A stretch of 64,000 bases of DNA from a virus: IMG/VR virus record IMGVR_UViG_3300023202_000336, positions 96,001 through 160,000 of that record; one strand, 5' to 3'. Within the stretch, counting starts at the first letter, position 1; every line of letters begins with the position of its first letter. This document shows positions 1 through 8,989 of this stretch, in pieces. The notes below the pieces were generated by a model. That model saw only the letters and a list, made by a program, of their open reading frames with translations, made no database searches and was not told the origin of the DNA. A program made the position numbers and the translations under genes.

Positions 1-595
1 CGGCCTGCGATTCGACCCACTGATCGATCTCATCAGCTTTCGACTGCTGGACGCCCCACGTTGCCGCGTACATCGCAGCATCGTCGGTCCCCTCTTTTCC
101 GGGGAGACGATCAGCAGCGAAATCGAGGATCTTCGGGGCACGCGTGAATCCTTCGTCATCGAGGACGACGCGGACGTACTTCTGGATATCGCGCCCCCAC
201 GGCTGTTCGGGTGAGCGTGTCGTAGGGTCAGGGTCGTTCAGCCGGATCTCAGCGACGGCCCAGGCAGTATCGTCGACGCTCGGGACCCCCTGCTCGAGGC
301 CGACCCCTTGGCGATTGAGCGCTGAGATCGTCTCATCGAAGACGGGGACCTGCTTATAGACCGCGTCTGTCGTGAGGACGTTCTGGAGCGCCATCAGCTG
401 GTCGTAGACGCGTCGGGGCATCTCGACCCCGAAATCTTCTTTCACCTGGAGCTGGATCGTCACGCCGTCCCAGTCGATGACCTCGAGACCGTAGGCCTTC
501 ATCAGGCCGGCGAGGAGCACCGTTGCGAAGGTTTCTCGCTCGCCGCTGAGGAACGGGGCGAGATCGACTTTCAGGTGGCGTTCAAGGATCGGCAT
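1..595 (-). CDS. Hypothetical phage protein, partial (runs off the window start)
   Basis: Open frame from ATG at 595 (MPILERHLKVDLAPFLSGERETFATVLL...) to position 1 with no stop; co-oriented with 617..1570. Confidence 0.7.
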   Translation of the reverse strand, partial: MPILERHLKVDLAPFLSGERETFATVLLAGLMKAYGLEVIDWDGVTIQLQVKEDFGVEMPRRVYDQLMALQNVLTTDAVYKQVPVFDETISALNRQGVGLEQGVPSVDDTAWAVAEIRLNDPDPTTRSPEQPWGRDIQKYVRVVLDDEGFTRAPKILDFAADRLPGKEGTDDAAMYAATWGVQQSKADEIDQWVESQA

Positions 596-616
596 GTATC
601 TGTGTACGCGCGAACA

Positions 617-1570
617 CTATTCTGAGAGGCGGACCAGCAGGTCGGCATCACCACGAGGGAGCGTCGGCAGCACCGAGGCGAGCTCACCAGCGTCCAGATC
701 GACCAGCCCCGGATCCACTGCCGCGAGCGCCTCCTTCTGGACCTGCGTCACGTCGATCGACTTCCCGTTCACGAGCTTCGCTTCTGCGTACTTATAGGAG
801 GCCAATTTTGAGAGTTTTTCCGTGGTGCGGCCCGAGGCTATCAGATCCTCAGGAAGCCCAATCTCGCTGCCGTATTTGGCCGTGAGACCCGTCTCTGCAT
901 CGAAGTGCTCGATCGCTTCCATCGCTGCCTTGATGAAGTCCTCGTCAAAACGCAGAGTAGCGTCCTCAGCCATCTTGCTCAGGACTTCGGCCAGCTTCTG
1001 CTTCTCGTCGGTGTAAGCGGCTTCTTTCGCCAGATTCAGCCGTTCGAGAAGGGTCTGCTCGATGGTCTCCTCGGTCGGATACCCGAATCCTGCCGCTTTG
1101 TGCAAGTACGTGTTCAGATAATCCGGGATGTGCGCGGCGAACTTCTCAGCGCGGGCGAGGAGCCTGGCAGCTGCCTTCTTTCGCCACGCGTAGGGGTAGC
1201 GGTGCCGGTTCTCGTAGAGCGCCCGAGCCGCCGTTTTGGTGGATCCAGCGTCGTAGGCCGCGAACTTTCGGATCTTCTGTCCGCCAGCCTCAGCCACCAG
1301 TGCGTAGTCGTGTTCCTGCAGCTTCGGCGGCGCGTAATTGGCGATCTTTTCCTGCGCCTGCGAGCAGTCCTTCTCGATGCGCCAAAACCGTGCGTACTTC
1401 TTCAGTTCATCGATTTCTTCGTCGTGAGCCTCTTTCACAACACCTCTTATGAACGATAAGAAGGTTGCGTTTTTGCTTTTGTGGTGATAGTTATCCGGGT
1501 CAGACGCTTCCTTGACGAGGTCAGAACGACCGACCAACTGAAGCGCTTTCTCGATAGTCAAGGTGCTCAT
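617..1570 (-). CDS. Hypothetical phage protein (317 aa), possibly virion-associated
   Basis: Long ORF with GAGG RBS about 10 nt upstream; no recognisable catalytic motif. Confidence 0.7.
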   Translation of the reverse strand: MSTLTIEKALQLVGRSDLVKEASDPDNYHHKSKNATFLSFIRGVVKEAHDEEIDELKKYARFWRIEKDCSQAQEKIANYAPPKLQEHDYALVAEAGGQKIRKFAAYDAGSTKTAARALYENRHRYPYAWRKKAAARLLARAEKFAAHIPDYLNTYLHKAAGFGYPTEETIEQTLLERLNLAKEAAYTDEKQKLAEVLSKMAEDATLRFDEDFIKAAMEAIEHFDAETGLTAKYGSEIGLPEDLIASGRTTEKLSKLASYKYAEAKLVNGKSIDVTQVQKEALAAVDPGLVDLDAGELASVLPTLPRGDADLLVRLSE

Positions 1571-4004
1571 GCGAATTGACCCTCATGGGACGCTGGCGTT
1601 ACTGGGAGTCGACGTTGGTCGGATATATCCGACATCGACTGATTGTCCACTCTGTAGATCGATCGGCAACCTCGAAATCAGGTCTGCGCACCATTTCCAC
1701 TGCCGGAACTGTCACTTCATCGGCGACATCGTCGAATTCTATGCAAGTGCGAAAGGGCTAGAGCTCGCAGAGGCGGTCAGCGAGCTCCCGCGACTCGGGG
1801 TCGCCGATTTCGAGGGTCGACATAAGTTCTACCTCGAGAAGAAGGAGCAGCAGCAGGAGCTGAAACAGTTCTTCGCCAGCGCTTCCGAGACCTTTACGAA
1901 GAATCCACCGCAGTCGACTCCCGAGATCATCTCGCGCCTGAAGATCCGCCATAATCGGCAGGTCTTCAAGCATCTCCAGCCGCACGTCGGGATCGCTCTT
2001 CGATCGCAATTCAAAGAGCTGGATATGAAGCTCCCGAAGCATGCGAAAGAGGCGCTCAGGCTCTGGGGGGTACGTTGGGCACTCGTGATCCCGACGTGGT
2101 CAGACGCCGACGTAGTCGGGATGTGGGTCATCACGAAGAGCAACGCTTGCTACCTCCCTTTCACGGATGAGATCAACTATCCGGCAGCCTTTGCGATGGT
2201 CCCGTCGATCCACGACGACACGGTCGTTGTGGTCGACGATATTCTGGCGGCGCTCCGCATGAGTGTCTGGTCGGTACTCGAGACGGGGCGTTGCCACGGG
2301 TTCGTCGTACCGTACGGTCTCAACGACCGGGCGGAGCTCTACAGCTGCGGGAAGACCGTTTTCTGGTCGGTAACGCGGAACCTCTCGTGGTTAATGCGCG
2401 CGATTTCGACGCCAACAGCGGCTATTCTCGATTCGAAGCTGATCGGTGACTTCGATCCGCTCGAGTCGTATCCGTGTCGCGGGAGCTTCGTCCAATTCAA
2501 ACGTCTCGTTTCCGAAGCGCTCCCTGCGCATCAGCAGCTCGCGGCGGATCTCACTTCGCTCAAGAAGAGCGAAGCACGATCGATGCTCTCCGGCGCGTCG
2601 TTCGAACCGGGTGAGAAGGCGAAGATGCTCGCGTACGTACAGGGATCGGACAGCATCTTTCTGTCGCAGCTCTTCGACGACGAGGTCGATACGGTCGCGG
2701 TGACGTGGGATGGTGAGACGATTTACGACACCGAAGAAGGATGGCGCCTCCCTGGTGGGAAGGTAATCGCGTCGGCGAAGCTCTTCATTGATCAGATACA
2801 TGCTGCAAGCGACGCGAACGAAGCTCTGGTACGAGGGTCGATCGTCTTCAACAAGCGGAGCTATATTTTCCGAGAGAAGCTCGGAATCATTCAGGAGAAC
2901 CCGGCGAAGTGGATTACAAATTATCTCGTCGGTATCGGTGCTTCGGGCGGTATCCCCTACTTCGATATGAAGTGGAAAAAGAAGTTGATCGAAGTTGCGC
3001 AGCAGTTCCAGGAGCCAGAGGTTATTTCGGAAGCGCAGGGTTACGGCTGGCGCGGGCCGGAGGACCGCAAGTATCTGCGGATGCCGAGCTTCGTAGTCGA
3101 TTCTACGGGGGTCCATCCTACCGCTGGCCTTATGGAAGGCCCTGCGCTCGTCCTCCCGCACCCGCTTTCGTCGCGCGAGTGGAGTGCCTTCCGAAGCATG
3201 AGTTTTGCGCGATTGGTGCTCGTGTTTTTAGGGACGATGGTTCGAACGCGCCAAGGGTTCCCGGGATTTGGAATCATGTTGACGAACGAGCCACATGTAA
3301 TCGCACGAATAGCTTACACGATCTCGGCAGACGTCGTCAGTTGCCCTTCGAACGAATACATCGATCAGCACCTTTTCGATCCGTTGCCGCTCTTCACCGA
3401 GTGGAACGAGCAGAGCATTCCGAAGATTTTCGAGAAGCGCGGAATGAAGAACATCATGCTAAGCGTCGATTCGCATACCGCTGAGGTGAGTAAAATCTAT
3501 ACCGATTGGGTACACCTTCGTATCGGGGACATCGTCGATTATCAGGCGCTTCGAGCAGTCTTTCTCCTGCTCCCGAAGTTACTCCACGACGACAAAATCG
3601 ACCCAGCGTCCCCCGAGTTCTTCAAGCGTATTGCTGCTTCGCTTCAGGCTGAGCTCGATGAGAGTTGTGACGGTCATCAGCTTCTGATGGCCGCGTCTCA
3701 ACTCGATCACTACTGCAGCTGTAGAAATCAGTTTACCTCGGCGAGCCGTCTTCTCGAATTCATATTCTATGGGATCGAGCGAGATTTCATCACCCCGCGT
3801 ATCGAAGACGACGGCGTCGTGATACTTCACGAGGAGTTCCTCGCCGCTACGTCGAGTACGCTCGTACCGGTTCCGTCGCTTTCGGAGCTGACGGAAACGT
3901 TCTCCGAAGCACGTTTCCTCGTTCCCGACCGTAAACCACGTAGCGCGTGGAAAATCAGCCGAACGACCTGGGACGTAAATCAGACACTGATCGCCGCCCG
4001 TTAA
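1569..4004 (+). CDS. Primase-associated protein with an N-terminal CHC2-like zinc finger (~811 aa)
   Basis: CPLC...FHCRNCHFIGDIVEFYASAKGLELAEAVSEL resembles the DnaG-type Zn-binding domain; the remainder is unassigned (possible degenerate Toprim and DUF927-like region). Confidence 0.55.
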   Translation: MRIDPHGTLALLGVDVGRIYPTSTDCPLCRSIGNLEIRSAHHFHCRNCHFIGDIVEFYASAKGLELAEAVSELPRLGVADFEGRHKFYLEKKEQQQELKQFFASASETFTKNPPQSTPEIISRLKIRHNRQVFKHLQPHVGIALRSQFKELDMKLPKHAKEALRLWGVRWALVIPTWSDADVVGMWVITKSNACYLPFTDEINYPAAFAMVPSIHDDTVVVVDDILAALRMSVWSVLETGRCHGFVVPYGLNDRAELYSCGKTVFWSVTRNLSWLMRAISTPTAAILDSKLIGDFDPLESYPCRGSFVQFKRLVSEALPAHQQLAADLTSLKKSEARSMLSGASFEPGEKAKMLAYVQGSDSIFLSQLFDDEVDTVAVTWDGETIYDTEEGWRLPGGKVIASAKLFIDQIHAASDANEALVRGSIVFNKRSYIFREKLGIIQENPAKWITNYLVGIGASGGIPYFDMKWKKKLIEVAQQFQEPEVISEAQGYGWRGPEDRKYLRMPSFVVDSTGVHPTAGLMEGPALVLPHPLSSREWSAFRSMSFARLVLVFLGTMVRTRQGFPGFGIMLTNEPHVIARIAYTISADVVSCPSNEYIDQHLFDPLPLFTEWNEQSIPKIFEKRGMKNIMLSVDSHTAEVSKIYTDWVHLRIGDIVDYQALRAVFLLLPKLLHDDKIDPASPEFFKRIAASLQAELDESCDGHQLLMAASQLDHYCSCRNQFTSASRLLEFIFYGIERDFITPRIEDDGVVILHEEFLAATSSTLVPVPSLSELTETFSEARFLVPDRKPRSAWKISRTTWDVNQTLIAAR

Positions 4005-5662
4005 TCGAGCGGCTGTTTTTCCATCAATTTCGCGAGCTCTTCGTCGGGCTCTTCCGGATCGCGGAGCGTCGAATACTTACCGACCTTCTTCGTGATCCCC
4101 ATATACTCGGCGATCGTATCGGCGTCCCAGCTGATCATTCGAGCACGTTCGGCGATGTTGTACTTCTTATGATGTTCGTGTGGAACACACGAGGGGGTAC
4201 GTTCGTGAAAGAAGTGAGCAAGAGGACCACCTACACGAATTACTTTTGCACCGAGCTTCTGCGCCCGCGCAACCACCTCGTCATCCTCTGCGCCCCAGCC
4301 ACGGAAAAGCTCAGAAAAACCACGAATATGACGAAGGAAAGAAGTACGGTGAAGGCAAATACCGCCGCCAATAACCTGATCAAAAGCATGGTCATAATTC
4401 CTCGGGTCGTTTACGGCGCTGAAGTCGAACTCTCCGTATTTTGCGTCTCGAATGAACTTTCGATGAAGATGATAGAAGATAGAATAAGGCATTGCGATAT
4501 CGGCGTCGCCTTCGACGATATTTTCGTACGCTGTTTGAAGACTCTGCCCTGGGATGATAGTATCGGTATCCCACACTGCTATGGCTTTTGACTCGATCCA
4601 CGGAAGTACCGTATTGAAGGGGCGGCCACGGCACCACACTTCAGCTTTACTTCGTTGTACGAATACGTAGCGGATACGATCATTATCTTTGAAAAAGTTG
4701 AAGAGCTTCGGTTCATCGTCTACTTCTACTACGTAAAGTAATGGTACGTGAAGTCTTTTCGTTACGTACTCTGACACTACTAACAGGTTCTCGAGTCTAT
4801 CGGTCGAATCGATTTTCACGGGCATGATTGCGGTGAGTTCGTTGAGCATAGTTTCGGCCCCTACTGTATTACAGGAATTCGACGCGACATTTTTCGGTCT
4901 TTCTAGGAACTGGCGAGCAGCGACGTTAAAGGTCGTATCTTTTTCAAAGATATCTGATTCACGTATATGTTTAAGGAACGGCTCATACGCCACCTTTTGA
5001 CATAGATCTATTACGTAGGACTGTGAAAAGTTAACGTTGTTTTCGTATAACATAATACGCCCCTGGTCGTCCCAAGTATTTCGGCCGAAGCCATTCAGAA
5101 TCACCCCAGATACAAGCTCTGGATATTTTGATCTGAGCGCCGTCGTGACTTCTCCGGTGTATATCCCCCATCCTTTCAGAATATAGTGCGCGTAAGTAAG
5201 ATAGATTTTTAGAAACTCACTACCAGCCGGTGCTAAAAGTCCGCTGGTCATCAAACGCTGTGAGCCATCAGAGAGGTATTCCCATGGTACAAGGCACTTA
5301 TTAGTATTCAGAAACGGTTTAAGATCTTTGAGGAACAAAGTATCTATATCGTAATAGACCCCGCCCCGTTCGTAAACGATTTCAACTCTTGCAAGGTTTG
5401 AGATAGCTGCGTGGTTCGGCATCGTTTCGCCGTTAATTTCTCGTTTAAAGTTGTAGTACTCGACATTGGCATACTTTTTAGCGCTGTTCCAATACTCGTT
5501 ATCCTCCGGTTCCGGGCCGTCAATATATATTGTAATCGATTCCGGATCCTGCGTATCGTAACATGATTTAATACTTAGGTAATGATAAAGACAAAACGGT
5601 TTAGCATCCTTACCGTTAACAGGGAGTACGAGGAATATAAAATGGAATTTTTTTGGAATCAT
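4001..5662 (-). CDS. Two-domain glycosyltransferase (N-terminal DxD sugar-binding/GT32-like, C-terminal GT2/GT7-like)
   Basis: ERGGVYYDIDTLFLK (DxD); WDTDTII and FRGWGAEDDEV motifs. Confidence 0.8.
   Translation of the reverse strand: MIPKKFHFIFLVLPVNGKDAKPFCLYHYLSIKSCYDTQDPESITIYIDGPEPEDNEYWNSAKKYANVEYYNFKREINGETMPNHAAISNLARVEIVYERGGVYYDIDTLFLKDLKPFLNTNKCLVPWEYLSDGSQRLMTSGLLAPAGSEFLKIYLTYAHYILKGWGIYTGEVTTALRSKYPELVSGVILNGFGRNTWDDQGRIMLYENNVNFSQSYVIDLCQKVAYEPFLKHIRESDIFEKDTTFNVAARQFLERPKNVASNSCNTVGAETMLNELTAIMPVKIDSTDRLENLLVVSEYVTKRLHVPLLYVVEVDDEPKLFNFFKDNDRIRYVFVQRSKAEVWCRGRPFNTVLPWIESKAIAVWDTDTIIPGQSLQTAYENIVEGDADIAMPYSIFYHLHRKFIRDAKYGEFDFSAVNDPRNYDHAFDQVIGGGICLHRTSFLRHIRGFSELFRGWGAEDDEVVARAQKLGAKVIRVGGPLAHFFHERTPSCVPHEHHKKYNIAERARMISWDADTIAEYMGITKKVGKYSTLRDPEEPDEELAKLMEKQPLD
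4822..4850. repeat. 29-bp direct repeat, copy 1 (copy 2 at 5709-5737)
   Basis: gcatgattgcggtgagttcgttgagcata vs gcatgattgcggtgagttcgtttagcata, 28/29 identical. Confidence 0.9.
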
Positions 5663-5708
5663 ATCGTTCCCGTGACGTTTATATAGTTAAGTGGTTCGAT
5701 AAAATACA

Positions 5709-5737
5709 GCATGATTGCGGTGAGTTCGTTTAGCATA
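5709..5737. repeat. 29-bp direct repeat, copy 2; start of a truncated MLNELTAIM remnant on the minus strand
   Basis: Matches 4822-4850. Confidence 0.9.
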
Positions 5738-5802
5738 TGATAAGTTATCGAAAACCCAACCGGGCTTATCAGCAAGTAAAAGTATTTTCATGGCGGTGCC
5801 TA

Positions 5803-6423
5803 TTAGCGTCTAGTTAGGGAAATCCAGGTAGCCTGTTCAGTAACGTCATCTTGTAAAAACAACGGATCGTTAGTAGCAAGTACTATATGTCTCCCCATGT
5901 TACGGGCCAAATATCTATCCGCTGGACAGTTATCGCTTTTAATAGCGCTATCACGGCATGCCTTTGATATTACTTTTAGAGAGTTCTCGACATAACTTTC
6001 AGTAACATGTAACACAGCATGAGTACCACACATATTAAGTATCCGTATACATTTAGAGCTATATTTATATATCGCTACTTTTCCTAGTTCAGAGTGACCG
6101 GGCCCTACTGGGCCATATAGAGAGTGGCCTAAGTATACGCGGTCTGTTTCGTCCGGTATATCTATGATAGGAGTATACCACCCTGTTTCTTTTGCGTCAT
6201 CTTCGAGTACCAAGGCCGGCAGTCTACCGCGTATGTAGCAGGCGGCATGGAAGGCAGCAAGGTTGGCACCAAGATATTTCTTTCTACTCTTAACCCCCGG
6301 GATTCTTTCGTGACGTGTAATACCAAGTCTCTCAAACATATTTTCGATGTTTTTACGACGCGCTACATCTTGATCTAAGTTAATGTAAAATACATTAACA
6401 TCTTTCCTGAGGTCGAGTTTCAT
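5803..6423 (-). CDS. Glycosyltransferase family 25-like protein
   Basis: FYINLDQDVARRKNIE and LVLEDDA motifs; start moved to ATG 6423, which overlaps the upstream gene stop (ATGA). Confidence 0.7.
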   Translation of the reverse strand: MKLDLRKDVNVFYINLDQDVARRKNIENMFERLGITRHERIPGVKSRKKYLGANLAAFHAACYIRGRLPALVLEDDAKETGWYTPIIDIPDETDRVYLGHSLYGPVGPGHSELGKVAIYKYSSKCIRILNMCGTHAVLHVTESYVENSLKVISKACRDSAIKSDNCPADRYLARNMGRHIVLATNDPLFLQDDVTEQATWISLTRR

Positions 6424-7646
6424 ATCATCCCCATCAATCGTAACCACTCGTTTGCAGTTTGTTTCGGTGAAGACTGCACGACTGGAGGCTGCACGTTGTT
6501 TACGGAATGCTCCCTGATTGTTTCAGCAATCATTTCAGCCGCCTCACGCGGATCGACGGTACGAATATACGAGTCGGGAGTATGTTCTGTTTCCCGCCCG
6601 GGATACCATTCGAAACGTGACGCTTCCAGCTCGATACCTCGTCCGTCGATGATCTCACCGGTTACGAAATCGTTCGGTCCAGCGACAAGAGTTCCAGCCG
6701 ACATCGCTTCTGCTACCGTAAAGTTCCAGCTATTTTTAAGTGAAGTGTCGAGTACGAGATCGCACGCGTTGTAGAGGTAGTTCATCTCTTGATCCGAAAG
6801 TCCTGGGGCTTTAGTCTTCTGATCGAAGAATCCGTATCCGAGTAGTATATCGTCCTCGAGTTCCAACTCGTTTCCGATCACGAGTGACTCGATATCGAGC
6901 CATTCGTTCTCGGTGTTAGCGGGTCGATATGGTGACATATGAAGGTAGCCTCTCACTTTTCCATCGATGAACGGATCTTTTTCGTTGAGAGTCTTCAGAT
7001 GCGCGATGGTCTGAATCGCGAGTGGGATCCCCTTCTTGATCGTCGGATTCCCGGAAACCAGTATGAGGAAGTCGTTCGGATCGACCTTTTCGTTGAAGAG
7101 ATGCTGACGAAGTTCCTCGGGCCCGTATTCGCCCGCATGTACGTTGAGTGGACGGAATATCGATGAATCTACCGCAGGCGGGATATACCACATATTCCGC
7201 GCAGCCACGTACGTATCGATATCTACCTTGTTCTCCTGCGTAGCTTCGATGAGTGCTTCCCGATAGGCGGCTCGAGCCATATATGAAGGCGTTACGAAAA
7301 AGTCGAATTTGGATACCGTTTTAAGATACTTCCCGTCGATAAAGGGAGTATCGATAAGGCCGTAACCGATCGAAAGACTATTGCGGACTTCCAGATTATC
7401 TGCCAGATCTTCGAGTGTCCCTATATCGAGTGTATGCGTAATACCCAGCGTTTTCTCAGCAGGTACGGCGTTTAGGACTTCTACGTTATCAGGGGGATCG
7501 AACTGATACGCCCCCTGGTAGGGGGCCCTGACGGCTACGAGAATACGTTCGAAGCGAGGCCCCCAGAGGGGGAGCATATCTTTGAGAAACCGCCCGAAAA
7601 GGTAGTGATCACCCGGGTGGGGGGAGCAGATCATGAGTTGAGCCAT
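6420..7646 (-). CDS. GT-B fold glycosyltransferase (GT4-like)
   Basis: PPAVDSSIFRP, VSGNPTIKKG, YNACDLVLDTSLKNSWNFTVAEAMSAG; start set at MAQLMI. Confidence 0.75.
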   Translation of the reverse strand: MAQLMICSPHPGDHYLFGRFLKDMLPLWGPRFERILVAVRAPYQGAYQFDPPDNVEVLNAVPAEKTLGITHTLDIGTLEDLADNLEVRNSLSIGYGLIDTPFIDGKYLKTVSKFDFFVTPSYMARAAYREALIEATQENKVDIDTYVAARNMWYIPPAVDSSIFRPLNVHAGEYGPEELRQHLFNEKVDPNDFLILVSGNPTIKKGIPLAIQTIAHLKTLNEKDPFIDGKVRGYLHMSPYRPANTENEWLDIESLVIGNELELEDDILLGYGFFDQKTKAPGLSDQEMNYLYNACDLVLDTSLKNSWNFTVAEAMSAGTLVAGPNDFVTGEIIDGRGIELEASRFEWYPGRETEHTPDSYIRTVDPREAAEMIAETIREHSVNNVQPPVVQSSPKQTANEWLRLMGMI

Positions 7647-7693
7647 CGCGCGAACGCTATTCCTATTTGAGGCAGTTGTCAACAACCTTGTGG

Positions 7694-7760
7694 TGCCCCC
7701 TCGAGGGGCTTTCCGTTATCTGTGAACGCGCGTACAAAATCGAAAGCCCCCTGGGGGGCA
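7694..7760. repeat. Imperfect inverted repeat in a divergent intergenic region
   Basis: tgccccctcgaggggctttccg (7694-7715) vs cgaaagccccctggggggca (7741-7760); each arm is itself near-palindromic. Confidence 0.5.
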
Positions 7761-7808
7761 TAGTGAATTCAGAGCCTTATTTACGTATATATAAATGAGG
7801 AAAGTTAT

Positions 7809-8409
7809 GCTATCGCAAGATAGCGTGGCTGGCAGCCGTAAAGCAATTTACGGTGGTCGCGCGGTTCTGAAGAATCGTGCGGCGGCGGAATCGCGATTCG
7901 TCGCGATTTCGTTTTGCCCTTGGTGGGACTGCGGTCCAGCGGACCGGGATCCTAAGGGATCCCGCTGCCGCCTTTCGGCGAAGTACGCCGGCACCTGGAG
8001 AGACGGTAATAAGCTCCGGGTGTAAAGCCCGCAAGGGTCAAAACCCGGAGTGAAATGGCCGTCTAGGAGTAAGCCCTACGTCATGAGGCATCTGAAACCG
8101 TCGTGACTCCTCCACGACAGACCCTCAGGGCAGCGTGAAAACAAAGCGCGTAAGACCAAGGTTCGGGCTGGTCCACGCTCGTAATAGAAGGACAAAACAA
8201 AACAAAAAGGATTAGGAGATGGCGCTCCGACATCCCATCTTCTTAACAGGGTACGTCCCTGAGAAGATGGCCTGCTATGTTACCCCTTGAGTGGGGAAGT
8301 TCCGCGAGGAGCAGGCGATGCCCGTTATCGATAAACGGGAAGTCTAAGGTATACCACCGCCCTTTGGTAGGAGTATATCGGAGGCGTTTTGTCCCGCGAT
8401 AGCAGCCAC
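7809..8409 (+). ncRNA. Candidate large (~600 nt) structured non-coding RNA, family not identified
   Basis: More than 10 hairpins, including three GCAA and one UUCG tetraloop; 5' segments pair with the 3' end (7825-7831/8403-8409; 7809-7816/8396-8403); AT-rich -10-like tatataaat upstream; no credible ORF. Confidence 0.65.
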
Positions 8410-8491
8410 CTCCACGCGGTGCGGGATGGACACTTGGCTTGTTGCCAGGTGACTAGGAGCTGCACGGCTGACCCGGACAGGAGACACGATC

Positions 8492-8896
8492 ATGAACATC
8501 GACCATACCGTCACCATCGACTACCTGCGGGCCTGGCGCGTCCGCCGTCTGCTGCGGCACCTGCCGCAGCACTACGAAGATGGCGGCGACCCCGACATCC
8601 CGCGCGGCGATGTCGGGGTCATCACTGGCCCCGGGATAGGGGCCGGGGAGCCCACGGGATACCGCGTCGAAGAGCGGGTAGTGGATGTCCCCGGATTCGG
8701 GGACATCCACGTCTGGATCCGACTGTCCTCTGGGCACCGGATCCAGGGTGGAGTCGTCGTGGGCTCAGGCACATGGAGGGTCCAGGACGCCTACGTCCCG
8801 GGCATGCAGGAGTTCGACATGGCTCAGCTGTCGGCCATCGTTGACCAGTTGGATGTCGACCTTCTGCGGCAGACTGAGGACCTACTAGACGCCTGA
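8492..8896 (+). CDS. Hypothetical protein (134 aa)
   Basis: AGGAG RBS upstream; GC3-rich codon usage. Confidence 0.65.
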   Translation: MNIDHTVTIDYLRAWRVRRLLRHLPQHYEDGGDPDIPRGDVGVITGPGIGAGEPTGYRVEERVVDVPGFGDIHVWIRLSSGHRIQGGVVVGSGTWRVQDAYVPGMQEFDMAQLSAIVDQLDVDLLRQTEDLLDA

Positions 8897-8989
8897 CCCG
8901 GACCAGGGCACCGTCTCCGCACGGTGCCCGCGCCCTGGCCACGCGTCATCACCACCGGCCCTTCGGGGCACACAGGAGACCTTCATGTT

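Noticed and set aside
7797-7805. gaggaaagt resembling the RNase P P4 5' strand, at the start of the structured RNA
   Set aside because: Not followed by CC, and no matching 3' P4 strand was found; the RNA is also longer than typical RNase P RNA
7809-8409. Group I or group II intron interpretation of the structured region
   Set aside because: No recognisable group II domain V or group I P7 elements, and no interrupted gene flanks it
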